Part shown: positions 12,353 through 27,530 of the stretch, one piece after another
Layout: the number at the start of each line of letters is the position of its first letter
Numbering within the stretch: the first letter of the stretch is position 1
Origin: Octopus vulgaris
Taxonomy: Eukaryota
Direction: 5' to 3'
DNA length: 64,000 nucleotides
Assembly (NCBI GenBank): GCA_951406725.2
Contig: OX597824.1
Coordinates: 80,414,001 to 80,478,000 of the forward strand
Made by a program: the position numbers and the translations under genes
Notes under the pieces: model-generated
Database searches by the model: none
What the model saw: the letters and a program-made list of their open reading frames with translations, nothing else
What the model was told of the DNA's origin: nothing

Positions 12353-13576
12353 TACAAGAGTTCTGATGATTTATTTTTCAACATAGTCCCCTTTGATGGC
12401 TGAGCACATTCTCCAGCGGTGCTGAAGTGCCATTATCCCGGTATAGAGGAACCCTTTTGTTTGAGACTCTAAGAAACTTCCTACAGTGTCTATGACGCCA
12501 GGGCATATTTCATTTTTGGGAATAGATGAAAGTCAAAGGGGACTGAGTCTGGCGAATAAGGCAGATGGGGAACAAGTTCCTATCCATAATCACGAATTGT
12601 TGCCATGGCAACCACTGAGGTGTAAGCTGGAGCATTGTCGTGATGGAAAAGGGCTCCTCTGGTGAGCATTCCTGGCCTTTTTTCTTTGATTGCTTCCCGG
12701 AGGCATTACAATAGCTGAGAATAATACAGCCCTGTCACGGTGTAATCCTTTTCAAGGTAATCGATCAGCAAGACACCTTGAGAATCCCCCAAAACTGACG
12801 CCATGACCTTATCAGCTGAAGGAATGACCTGGCCTTCTTTGGGATAGGAGAAGATGTGTACTTCCACTGCTTTGATTGTTCTTTGGTTTCGGGGTGGTAG
12901 TGATAAACCCAACTTTCGTCCATAGTAATAAAACGAGCAAGAAAATTCTCTTCATCGGCTTCAAACAGTTACAGTTTGCTCGTGGACAAAATGCACCTGG
13001 TGCGTTTCTGTTCAGGTGTCAAAAGGCGAGGGACCCACCTTGCAGAAACCTTTGAGAACCCAAGTTATTTTGTCACAATGTTGTCTGCTCTTTCAGTTGA
13101 GATGCCCAGTCTCTCAGCTATCTGGCGACATGATATTCGATGGTCTTGCATTATCATACCAAGAGCAAGGTCAATGTTGTCCTCGGTGGTTGCAGCTGGA
13201 GACCTCCCTTGTGTGGGATCATCTTCCACACTCTCCCTGCCGCGCTGCAATTTATTTACCCAGAGTTTGACTGTTGCATATGAAAGAGCATTGTCTGTTA
13301 AGGTTCTCACCATATCTTCATGGATTTCTGACGGAGTCATGCCTTTCAAATGAAGGTACTTTATGACAGCACGATACTCAGTTTTCTCTATTTTCCTTGT
13401 AAGCTCGACATTGTTTATTCAAAAATCTGTAACAAAAAAAAAATAAATAAAATATCAGAATCATGAAAATGAACAAGAATACTCCGAAAAGACTGTACTT
13501 ACTACAAAAAATTGTTTCAGCTCCCTAGCAGCCCCGTTTCTAGGTTAGGCTCAAAACTTTTCATACACCCCTCGTA
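12353..13576 (-). mobile_element. Mariner (DD34D) transposon, decayed
   Basis: TA+CGAGGGGTGTATGAAAAGTTTTGAGCCT TIR ending at 13576; the other TIR is largely lost. Contains the transposase pseudogene. Confidence 0.92.
12400..13392 (-). pseudogene. Mariner transposase pseudogene
   Basis: EKTEYRAVIKYLHLKGMTPSEIHEDM, ARWVPRLL, ITMDESWVYHY, KVMASVLGDSQGVLLIDYL, HHDNAPAY, PYSPDSVPFDFHLFPKMK, with stops and a frameshift. Confidence 0.95.
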
Positions 13577-13586
13577 TGTATATATG

Positions 13587-13891
13587 TCACAGGATCACAG
13601 GACCGACCAGACCATCAGATGTTGTTACACATCGCTGGTCACAATGCGTTCGCATTGTTTTAGCCCTCAAATGACGCCACCCCGCTGGCTAAGCGAGCAG
13701 GCCAACAGAAGAAAGTGAGAGAAAGTTGTGGTGAAAGAGTACAGCAGGGATCACCACCATCCCCTGCCGGAGCCTCGTGGAGCTTTAGGTGTTTTCGCTC
13801 AATAAACACTCACAACGCCCGGTCTTGGAATCGAAACCGCGATCCTGCGACCGCGAATCCGCTGCCCTAACCACTAGGCCATTGCGCCTCC
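13587..13891 (-). mobile_element. SINE family B, tail type B2
   Basis: Reverse complement of 16642-16950; tRNA-like head with A and B boxes. Confidence 0.92.
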
Positions 13892-14249
13892 ACATGTATA
13901 TATGTATACATGCATTATAAAATTAAATAAGGCATTATTACCAACGCATACAGTGTAATGTGATGAATATTTCAAAAATAAATGTTTTGCAGTAAGTCTG
14001 GCTGACGAGCTTTAAGTATATTCATACAAAAAGCGAAATCAATTGATCCCGCAATATCTGTATTCCTTGCTTCTGTAGTACATACGAAGTAAACTTATTT
14101 CTGTTATATCCGGTGCATTCACCGAGTATATTTTGATAGTGAGAGATTTGTGGTTTCAGAGTGATAACTCTATTTATAGTAAGTGGTATTCTGATACCCT
14201 ACTAACTTTGTTTGTACATGTATCATCTATATGTCTTGTAATATGTAAT

Positions 14250-14301
<52 letters not shown>

Positions 14302-14311
14302 TATATGCATG

Positions 14312-14350
<39 letters not shown>

Positions 14351-15468
14351 GAACATGCATATATATAAATGCATATATATACATACATATATATATATGC
14401 ATATACATATATATATGTATATATTCATATATGTGTGTGTACGTGTATGTATATGTATATATATTCTTGACGCCAGAAAGCAGTAAAGAATTCATGATAA
14501 TCCGCGAATTCAAAGGAGATTTACATTTCCAGAAACTTCATTTGTATGACAATATCTGTAATGTCTGGTGTATGTATAGCTGTAAAATTCTGTATGCACT
14601 TGTTGAAAGCTATTGTATTCGATGAACACCGTTTTTGAAAATGGTAATATTACAAGAAATTATTTTCCTTCGTCCTCCAGGCAGTATATTCTCTTTGCCG
14701 CCTTGTTTATTAAAAAATCAGTAAGACGAAATGCTCTTGGCGGCCATTATTCCCTCTCTCTGTCTCCGCAGATAAGAGATCTGCTGGCATACTCTATATT
14801 CAAACATATCTCACTAAGCGTTCTATTTATATGTTGTAGAATATATTTAATCACGTATCGCAAAAGGCGGAGTCAGAATGAAAGAGGAAGTGGGGGATTG
14901 AACGTGAGAGCGCGAGATAGAACGGTGAAAGGTATCACGGGTAGTCTCTCATTCTGAATTCTACATATACACCTAATTTTTTCCTTAATACTATGAAATC
15001 AGAAAATATCCCAATAACTAAATATTCAGCTTCAGTAACTTACCTTTCAATACTGTATTATGGCTGTTTCGACTCCTCAGGGATCGTCAGTACAGTGTTA
15101 GTGTTAATAGCACAGGATATTTAAGGAGACGTACATATTTATGACGAAAATTTTGATGTCATGGTGTGTATATTTGCAGTGGAGATAAATGGTTAAAATA
15201 TATTGTAGTTGATACTAATGGGTACGAAGCAGAATCTGGACTAAGATTTTCATGAATCTACTGTACGCCAACGGTTCATTCAGAGGCGGAAGTATACAAA
15301 GAAGCACAATGTCTCTCTGCTGCAAATTTCGGTTGGTTGCCGCAGTGACGGAATGTGTATATTCCCAGACAATGCACCAAAGGAAAACAGGACACATACA
15401 TACATACATACATACATACATACATACATACATACATACATACATACATACATACATACATGCATGCA

Positions 15469-15502
<34 letters not shown>

Positions 15503-16434
15503 CATACATATACATACATGCATAAATGGATACTCACACACACACACACACAAGTATGAATAGGAAATACGAAATATCAAACACAAGTTTCATTTTAGAT
15601 GAACAGTTTATACATACATACATACATACATACAAATATACACTTATGTTATTCTACTGCCAAGTAAATAACGCCGGAAGAACAAAAACAAAATAAAACA
15701 ATACCAAAACAAGTGATATATTGATATATTTATATTTTTATGGTTACTAATCGTTCTATTTTTTTTTGGTGTTTTTTTGTCCAGAATTTACTACATCATA
15801 CTAGAAACCTTTGAACTACTACCACACTCGTATTCCCTGTACTTTCATCCAACGATGTTAACAAAACCTTGCTATTGAAATCGTCCGTTCCTCATCGTTT
15901 ACTCTAAGCCTAAAGAAAAACAGTATTTTAATGTGATTTGGGGTATACATTTTACAAGGAGACTTACTACCAAAATGGCGGTAATTTTCGTTGATTTTTT
16001 TTCTTTTTCTTTTTTTTTTTCGTGATTTTACTTATGGTGGTTGTGGTTGGTTATTTTTTTCCCTTTTCCTTCTGGTGGTTTATTGTGAATTATTTATTTT
16101 AGGTTATTGCTGTATTTTCAAATTTTCCTCCTCTTTTCTTTTTTCATATCTGGATAGCCTGCAGCAGTTTCCCTCTCTGCATTGCCGCCAGGCTATTTAT
16201 CCGCTTTCTAGCTAATTACTATAATGGTAAAATGTCTCTGTATTCTGACATTTTGTTTTATTCTAAGTCTTTTTTTTTTTCTTTCTGTTTTATTTATATG
16301 TATATATTTATATTTTTGGTTGGCTTTCACGATACCAAGGCATTTTTTAATTTTTTGGTTAAAACTGAAGAACATTATTGCAGTACTACCATTAACTGAC
16401 ACACGCACGTACACACACAAACACACACACACAT

Positions 16435-16472
<38 letters not shown>

Positions 16473-16594
16473 GCACCAACGCACACACACACAGACACAC
16501 TCACATAAATATTTTTGCATGTAAATGTATGAGTATGCATGGGTGTATGTGTGTATGTATATATATTTATACGCAATTACAGATATAAAACTAG

Positions 16595-16641
<47 letters not shown>

Positions 16642-16642
<1 letters not shown>

Positions 16643-16942
16643 GATGCGCAATGGCCCAGTGGTTAGGGCAGCGGACTCGCGGTCGTAGGATCGTGGTTTC
16701 GATTCCCAGACCGGGTGTTGTGAGTGTTTATTGAGCGAAAACACATAAAAGCCCCACGAGGCTCCAGCAAGGGGTGGTGATCCCTGCTGTACTCTTTCAC
16801 CACTCTTTCTCTCACTCTTTCTTCTGTTTGTTGGCCTGCTCGCTTAGCCAGCGGGGTGGCCTCATTCAAAGGCTAAAACAATGCGAACGCATTGTGACCA
16901 GCGATGTGTAACAACATCTGATGGTCTGGTCGGTCACGTGAT

Positions 16943-16950
<8 letters not shown>
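16642..16950 (+). mobile_element. SINE family B, tail type B2
   Basis: TGGCCCAGTGGTTAGG A box, GTTTCGATTCC B box, tail ending (TCACGTGA)2 into (TA)n. Confidence 0.92.
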
Positions 16951-16993
<43 letters not shown>

Positions 16994-17891
16994 TGTATGT
17001 ATGTGTTTGTACAAATATATGCATATCTATGTATATATATATATATCAATATATATATGCATATATACGTATGTATGAAAATGTGCATATATATGTGTGT
17101 GTAAGTGTGTGTATGAGTGTGTGTGTATGTGTGTGTGTGAGTGTGTGTGTACACGATTGGTTTTGCAAACCGGTGAAAATGTACTCAATACGTGCAGTCG
17201 TTTGTATAGACTCTATTGACACATCGAACCTAGCAATACGTTGAATTGAGAGAGTCGTTAAAATGGCGAATGGGATGCATTATAGTGATATCTGATTCTT
17301 TGTATTCCCAATTGTATGCCGAGGGCTACTGTGCTTTTTAACACGTTGCTGTCGATACATAATGAGCCAATCAAACACTTGGCCCTCTGTCTTGGAATAG
17401 CTTGCGCTGTATGAGCGAAATAAGGAACCTTCAATTCTTGGCCCCATCGATACACGCACTACAATTCTGTCGATTCCCTACGATTGAACGGCTCTCAGAA
17501 AATGATAAAGGAAAACGTTTTTCATAGCGGTATTTGTCACCGCAAGACATTCGTCCTGATACTATAATGTAATGTCACTGATATAAATCGACATATCGAG
17601 GAACGATTAAGTATTTGTAGAATTCGTAAAGCAGGGGAAAGAAATTATATTTACTTTTTTATTTACCTTTTGAGTTTAAATCTTGCCATTGTTGGTTCTG
17701 TTTTATACTCGCTCTGGGGTCCCTATGGAAATGCAAATACTGAGAGTAAACATCAGACGATAAACTTTGGAGTATTTACTCATGGCTCTTTGCTTTCTGT
17801 GTTCAATTCTTGTCGAGGCTAATCTCGCTATTCATCCCTCTGGTGCCGACGAAATTACAAGGGAAGAAAACCTTCACAAACCTGAGGTTCA

Positions 17892-17922
<31 letters not shown>

Positions 17923-18547
17923 TGTATGTATGTATGTATGTATGTATGTATGAATACATATATACATATATAAATATATACATATATATATGTGAATTTA
18001 AATAATAAGGGTGAAAAATTGAATATTAATTCATATTTTATATTTTATATTTTTTCATCTGTCTTGCTCGCTTACGTTCTGGAGTTTGCTGAATTTTCTT
18101 GGAAACAATATTTTCTTAGTGGTCAGACCATATGGGGGTCTACCTCTAGCATAATGGATGTTCACTTAGTGGCCATCCCTCTTATATGTATACATATGTA
18201 TATATGTATGTATGAATTATTATTATTGTATCTGCAAGTGTGTATGTGAGTGCGCGCGCGCACAATACACATAATCGTGCGTGTAGTGGTGTACGTATGT
18301 ATATGTATAAATAAATATATATATATTAAATAAATAATTTGCATCAATTTTTGTTGTTTTCTTGTTGTTTCATAGATTTCTTTTAGGAGCAGCTTCAAAT
18401 TGCTTTTAAACATTTTCGTAATAGCATTTCTTTAAATATTTGCTTCAGAGAGAAATAAATAAAAATACGTTGGTCGAGCTAATGTAGGGTCAGACACGTT
18501 CCAGGAATAACCATCATTCCTTTTTGAATATCAATAATCATATGGAT

Positions 18548-18928
18548 GGAAGCACTCCGTCGGTTACGACGATGAGGGTTCCGGTTGATCCAATGAACGG
18601 AACAGCCTGCTCGTGAAATTAACGTGTAAGTGGCTGAGCACTCCACAGACACGTGTACCCTTAACGTAGTTCTCGGGGATATCCAGCGTGACACAGAGAG
18701 TGACAAGGCCGACCCTTTGAAATACAGGTACAACAGAAACAGGAAGAAAGAGTGAGAGAAAGTTGTGGTGAAAGAGTACAGCAGGGATCACCACCATCCC
18801 CTGCCGGAGCCTCGTGGAGCTTTAGGTGTTTTCGCTCAATAAACACTCACAACTCCCGGTCTGGGAATCGAAACCGCGATCCTACGACCGCGAGTCCGCT
18901 GCCCTAACCACTGGGCTATTGCGCCTCC
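18548..18928 (-). mobile_element. SINE family B, tail type B1
   Basis: Near-identical to 30246-30632 and 44160-44542. Confidence 0.95.
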
Positions 18929-18954
18929 CCTCTCCTTTTAGCACATACATAAAT

Positions 18955-19200
18955 GCGCTTGCCCTAATGTTTTATGGCGCTGTACCCACGATCTTGCGAT
19001 TGCAATAGCTTCGTATCTACTCTCGGACCTGCCAGCGCACGGTGTTATTGAACAAAACACTTCGTTTCCTGTAGACTCAACCCACTCTGCTCTATGTGAG
19101 TTACACTGCAACAGACTAGCGTCACGTCCAGTTGCAATAATCTGATCTCGGTCGCTTATATGCCGTTGATATCGGGTAACCGGCCCTATCAATCCTAGAG
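18955..19200 (+). mobile_element. Highly degenerate SINE family C copy
   Basis: GTGTTATTGAACAAAACACTTCGTTTC and GACTAGCGTCACGTCCAG align with family C. Confidence 0.5.
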
Positions 19201-19271
19201 TCCGCGACCGCATATACTTATGTCTAAGTTTTTTAAATGTGAAATGGGATCAGTGACAAAAATTTGGTTGG

Positions 19272-19410
19272 TGCCTTTCATCCTTTCGGGGTCGATTAAA
19301 TAAGTACCAGTTACGCACTGGGGTCGATATAATCGACTTAATCCGTTTGTCTGTCCTTGTTTGTCCTCTCTGTGTTTAGCCCCTTGTGGGTAGTAAAGAA
19401 ATAGGTATTT
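19272..19410 (+). mobile_element. SINE family D, 5'-truncated, tail type 2
   Basis: GCCTTTCATCCTTTCGGGGTCGAT core; tail ...AGCCCCTTGTGGGTAGTAAAGAAATAG followed by GTATTTC. Confidence 0.9.
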
Positions 19411-19679
19411 CTTGTTGCATTCACAACCACCTACATTCTTTCCCCTTAAATTTTATCTGCACCAGTTAAGGACTAGGTTTCACAAAATTGACTGTACATT
19501 CCCCATCCTAAACACAAATACAAAATTTTTAGTCATGTGCTTCAAGTTTTTAAAAATCCATCATTAATATTGATATAAAGTAATTCCAAATGGCACCATG
19601 CCATTTTTTTAAGCGCCAGAAAACGCATTATGGCTGAAGACTTTCGTTGATTAACTAAGAGTTGCCATTAAAAGCATTT

Positions 19680-19737
<58 letters not shown>

Positions 19738-20236
19738 TTATATTAATGTTTCTTAGAAATTTTAATCATTCTGTTTTATTCTTCCCTACCTAGAGGCTAT
19801 TTTAGTAAGTCCTCAACTAATTACTATAATAGTAAACATACAGGTATTTTTATTTCTCTCATTTTCTCTTTTCATTTTTTTTTGTGTTTTTTTTTTTCTT
19901 TTGGTAATTTGTTTGCTTTTATTTTCGACATATAAGAAAAGCAAATATTTAATGAAATGCTATTACGAAAATGTTTAAAAGCAATTTGAAGCTGATCCTA
20001 AAAGAAATGTAGGAAAGAAGAAGAAAACAACAAAAATTTGATGCAAATTATTTATTTAATTATTATTGCATCTGTGTGTGTATATGTGCGTGCATATGTG
20101 AATGTGAGTGTATTTGTGTGTATGTGTGTGTGTGTATTTGTGCGCGTGCGCAATGCACATAATCGTGCGTATAGAAATGTACGTATGTGTATGTACATCT
20201 ACATATACAAAAACCCACATAGATCTATCTATTTAT

Positions 20237-20278
<42 letters not shown>

Positions 20279-20556
20279 GTCTATCTATTTACGTAGCTAT
20301 CTACCTCACTCTCTGTGTGTATTTATATATGCATATACATATATGTACGTATACATATATAGATACGTATATATATTTATATATGTATGCATTCATACAT
20401 AGATACATATATATTCGTATATATATGTGTGCATTTATGTATACATATATTTGTACATATACATGTATATGTGTGCATACATATATATATATATATATAC
20501 ACATATATTTTTATATATATACATACATATACATACATACATACATACATATATAG

Positions 20557-20613
<57 letters not shown>

Positions 20614-20947
20614 GAAAATAAGACAAAGTAGAAAATGGTGAAATATTTTTATCATGAAATACATCTTGTGAAGGTTAGTGGCGGTTTCAGTCTTTTTGAC
20701 TTTTTCAACTAACAGTAAAACAAGAAAGACAATTACATTGAAGAAAAAAGAATTTAATGAAATGTTTTGTAAATTTTTCCATAGTCTTCAAGTAGGTAGG
20801 ACATTTTCCTTTTTTCTGTCTTTATTTCTTTTTCTTCTGTGAAGGTTCGGTATGTAGTGGCAAATCTGAAGAAATAGTCTATTTCTTCAGGTGCTACTAG
20901 CTACCGAGTCTTATACGTATCAACACCTGTGTCACTTTTCAACCTTC

Positions 20948-21097
<150 letters not shown>

Positions 21098-21129
21098 CGC
21101 GCCCGACACACATATACATGTTATATATA

Positions 21130-21194
<65 letters not shown>

Positions 21195-21196
<2 letters not shown>

Positions 21197-21342
21197 TGCA
21201 CTACTAGGCACTGTACACATCCTACGCAGAACACTTTCCATACAATAACCATCAGAGCATCACAACAAATCACAGCACATACCTAAGGCACACAGAGCTG
21301 CGCTCGGTACTGAAGTGAAAGCACGCTATAAAAATAAAACTA

Positions 21343-21345
<3 letters not shown>
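21195..21345 (+). mobile_element. Dong/R4-like (RLE) LINE 3' end inserted in (TAA)n
   Basis: IALLGTVHILRRTLSIQ* (21195-21248) matches the typical R4/Dong C-terminus; (TAA)n on both sides; fragment repeated at 21669-21697. Confidence 0.8.
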
Positions 21346-21412
<67 letters not shown>

Positions 21413-21582
21413 GCAAGGTCATACGCTGTTTATCTTGTTATGAGATCACCATGTCGTGCACATATGGTTGTGATGCATGTGCCTGGTGTACCCTTATCAG
21501 ACGGGTAGTCATGATGGGTATACTGGGCTTGGTATATTTGTACCCCAGTGTCACTTTGATGGCATGCACTGCTCTCTCACTC

Positions 21583-21670
<88 letters not shown>

Positions 21671-21870
21671 TGCACTACTAGGCACTGCACACATCCTTAA
21701 TAGCAAGGTCATGCGCTGTTTATCTTGTTATGAGATCACCATGTCGTGCACATATGGTTGTGGTGCATGTGCCTGGTGTACCCTTATCAGACGGGTAGTC
21801 ATGATGGGTATACTGGGCTTGGTATATTTGTACCCCAGTGTCACTTTGATGGCATGCACTGCTCTCTCCC
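21413..21870 (+). mobile_element. Two 3' ends of TAA-associated family F (21413-21582, 21703-21870)
   Basis: Near-identical copies that match the reverse complement of 45412-45582; each ends in (AAT)n. Confidence 0.85.
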
Positions 21871-21894
21871 AATAATAATAATAATAATAATAAC

Positions 21895-21947
<53 letters not shown>

Positions 21948-22632
21948 TTAGGGAATAAATTGTTATTCCAAATTTACAGGTAAAATTCAGTATAATAATA
22001 TTATACCGATATTCGTAATATATAATATATGTATATAACTAATTTAGAGATTATATATATATACATATGGATACCCAATACACATAATATTCCGTCATTC
22101 AGAAGACACGCGCCCCTTCTGATGGATGTTTTTGCAACTGCGCTGTTAGAACAGTTCACTGTTTCTCTTTCGTTGGTAGAATTTTGTAGCGTAAGTGGTT
22201 ATTTTGTGTTCGATGTAAACCATAGGCTGTAAGTTTGACCCCAATTAAAGTTCACTTTTCTCAATTATATTTCTAAAGAAAATTATTTTTCTCCCACTAT
22301 CAGGAATTAATTTCCGATGTAAATCACAGATTAATGATTCAAATGAAATTACAAGTCAAGTATTCCATATTATTGTTTTTTCAACCTTCTCCACACACGT
22401 TTCGGTATTTTAAATCTCATCAGTGTAGTTCATAGAAAATATTTACATTGTCAGTGACATTGAACCAAAGCTATGCATATACGACAGGAGGACGAACCAG
22501 AAAACTGAAATTGAATAGAGCGACCAGAGATGTCCTCGCTCTATAAGCTTAACAAATGGAAGACATAAATATTTTCACTTGTTAGATACATTAGTACTGC
22601 TGCAGTTTAGCATTGTAAAGATGAAGCGTACA

Positions 22633-22830
22633 GAGGTGCAGATATGGCTGGGTGTTTGAGGATCTCACTTTCGAACCCTAAGCTATGGGGTTCTGTCCCA
22701 ATGTGTAGCATCTCGAACAATTGTCTTCTACCAACTCTCGGGCCAAACAATGTCTTGTAAGACTGTGAAAGCCCGTCAAATATGTAAGTGTGTTTGTGTG
22801 TGAGGGTGTGAGTACGTGTGTGTGCGTGTG
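22633..22830 (+). mobile_element. Degenerate SINE family A 5' part
   Basis: GTCTTCTACCAACTCTCGGGCCAAACAATGTCTTG...ACTGTGAAAGCCCGTC aligns with family A. Confidence 0.6.
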
Positions 22831-22883
22831 CGAGTGATTGTGTATATGTGAGTGCGTGTGCGTGTGTGTATACATACACACAC

Positions 22884-22958
<75 letters not shown>

Positions 22959-23034
22959 CCTATGTCCCTCTCTTTTAAAGGCAATACCGGATTGAAGCCA
23001 AATCCAGGTTTTTTGTATGCTCTTTCAACTGGAA

Positions 23035-23960
23035 TATTGGCCTCAAATTTTGGCACATGACCTAGAATTGTAAAGGAAGGGTAGGCCGATTACATCGACC
23101 TCAGAGCTCTACTGTTTCTTAGTCTATTGATCTCGAAAGGATGAAAGGCTAAGTCGACCTCGACGGAAATTAAGCTCAGACATAAAGACGGTAGAAATAC
23201 GGCTAAACATTTTGTCCGGTATGCTAACGATTCTGCAAGCTCGCCACCTTCCTTTCGACTGTAATATTATTTATGTATATGGGGAGGTGAGCTGGCAGAA
23301 TCGTTAGCACGCCGGACAAAATGCTTAATAGCATTTCGTCAGTCGTTAGGCTCTGAGTTCAAATTCTGTCGAGGTAGACTTTGCTTTTCATTCTTTCGGG
23401 GTCAAAAAATTAAGTACCAGTTGCGTACTGTGGGCGTATAATCGATTTCCCCCCTCCCCTAAAATTTCGTGATTTGTGTCTAGAGTAGAAAAGGATATTA
23501 TTTATGACTATAAGGTGGCGAACTGGCATAAGCGTTAGCACGCAGGACGAAATGCTAAGCGATTTTTCGTTTGTCTGTACGTTTTGAGTTGAAATTCCTC
23601 CGAGGTCGACTTTGCCTTTCATCCTTTCAGACTCAATGAATTAAGTACCAGATGCGTACTGGGGTCGACCTAATCAACTGGCCCCTCTCCCCAAATTTTG
23701 GGCCTTGTACCTAGAGTAGAAAATAATATGTATAGATATATTCGGGCGGCGATCTAGCTGAATCGTTAGTTCACCGAGCAAAATGCTCAACGGCATTTCG
23801 TCCGTCATTAGGATCTGAGTTCAAATTCCGTCGAGGTCGACTTAGCCTTTCATCCTTTCGAGGGCGATAAAATAAGTAACAATTGAAGGCTGGGGGTCGA
23901 TGTGATCGGTTTAACCCCACTCCTCCAAAATTGCTGGCTTTGTGTAAAAATTTGAAAGCA
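23035..23960. mobile_element. Cluster of four SINE family D copies (one minus, three plus)
   Basis: Heads GGCGAGCTGGCAGAATCGTTAGC, B box GAGTTCAAATTC and core GCCTTTCATCCTTTCG, which resembles the Meta/MESC SINE domain from memory. Confidence 0.9.
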
Positions 23961-24253
23961 AAATTATTTATAGCTATTGGGATATAAATTGTTTCCCTAC
24001 ACATGAAAGTGATTTTCCGCTTATTCCGATACGAAGCCAGTGCAACATGATAATAATATAGGATGAAATGTGGGAGTAATGGTTCGAAAAGATATTTAAT
24101 TAAACGAATAAAGATAGATATTATATGTTAATTTGAATAATAGGCGTTCTAATTTAGAGAACTAGAATCAATTTAATAAATAAATGAATAGGATGACTAA
24201 TAGAGAATATGAACAGAATGAGAAACACTATGTACGTTATGTGTGCGGGTAAC

Positions 24254-24320
<67 letters not shown>

Positions 24321-24352
24321 GCTATCTAGCTATCTATCTATCTGTCTGTCTA

Positions 24353-24384
<32 letters not shown>

Positions 24385-24403
24385 ACTATCTATCTATCTA
24401 ATC

Positions 24404-24517
<114 letters not shown>

Positions 24518-24708
24518 GTTAATCCAAGCATGAAAACACAAAGAGAAAACACAACAGCGCGTGGACGTGTAACAAGTATAGTGTTATTGGACGCTCAGGA
24601 AAGGAAAGAAAGAAAGTGGATTTAACGTTTCGAGGGGAGCTCTTCGTCAGAAACATAGGAAAAGGAATAATCCAAGGAAGGGAAGATGGAGGAAGAAAAT
24701 CGCCAACG

Positions 24709-24710
<2 letters not shown>
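24518..24710 (-). mobile_element. Penelope-like pLTR fragment embedded in (TA)n
   Basis: About 190 bp of complex sequence flanked by (TA)n and containing a minimal hammerhead. Confidence 0.6.
24620..24654 (-). ncRNA. Minimal type I hammerhead ribozyme motif
   Basis: GUUU-CUGACGA-A-GAG(CUCCC)CUC-GAAA-CGUU-AAAU. Intact core, palindromic AACGUU stem III, GUU cleavage triplet. Confidence 0.7.
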
Positions 24711-24765
<55 letters not shown>

Positions 24766-24783
24766 TACACATATATATATACA

Positions 24784-24997
24784 TACGAGGTCGTACTGTA
24801 AAGTTCCTGGCTGTGGGTAAAAGAAAAATACAGGAGGATCAATTAATTATTATTTTATCTAGCATATTCCTCTCTCAGATTCACCCATTTATTGCAGCAG
24901 TCCTTCAGTTTTTCTAAACCCTGTAAAAGCAGGTTGGACCTCCAACAATGCCTTTCACGACACCCTAAAGCCAGGAACATTCCAGCAGTCCCTCGCA
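24784..24997. mobile_element. Mariner-derived MITE
   Basis: TA+CGAGGTCGTACTGTAAAGTTCCTGGCT and AGCCAGGAACATTCCAGCAGTCCCTCG form inverted termini; second copy at 50985-51177. Confidence 0.8.
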
Positions 24998-25024
24998 TAT
25001 ATGTGTGTGTCTGTCTTTCTTTCC

Positions 25025-25092
<68 letters not shown>

Positions 25093-25133
25093 CTCTATCT
25101 ATCTATCTATATCTCTCTCTATATATACATGTG

Positions 25134-25180
<47 letters not shown>

Positions 25181-25229
25181 ATGTATGCATATAAATATAT
25201 GTTTACATTTATTTATATATATGTATTTA

Positions 25230-25278
<49 letters not shown>

Positions 25279-25761
25279 TTACACGCATATACACACATAT
25301 GTGTATGTGTACATGTGTGCGTATGTGTGTGTGTGTGTATGCGTGCGTGAATATCTGTATGTCCGTCTATGTATGTGTGGATGCAAGAACAAATGCATAC
25401 ACATACATGCATACATACGCACAAGGCTACATACATAAATGAACGACTCTTACCGAGAGTAAGAGACAGAAATTTAAACTGAACAGCAAAGTAAAGAATT
25501 TCAATGAAAAAGATGAAAAGAAGTATTTGGAAGGGGACAGAAGGAGGGGGAGGTGCCACAGAAAGAGAAAGAGAGAGAAAGAGAGAAAGACAAGGGAGAG
25601 AGAGAAGGAAAAAGAGAAAGAGGGGGTGGAGAAATAGATTCAAATCTATAGGAAAAACTCAGAAAATATTGAAAGCGGAAACAGAATTGAAGGGAAGAAA
25701 CAGAAATATATACAAAGAGAAAAATATATTGGAAGATCAAAGACAATATAAAAAGGAAATA

Positions 25762-27530
<1,769 letters not shown>

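Noticed and set aside
16150-16203. GC-rich hairpin as a candidate pre-miRNA
   Set aside because: Stem is short and bulged, and I recognise no conserved miRNA seed.
17150-17400. Possible BEL/Pao integrase C-terminal remnant (KWRMGCII...PIKHL)
   Set aside because: Needs a frameshift and the similarity is too weak to call by eye.
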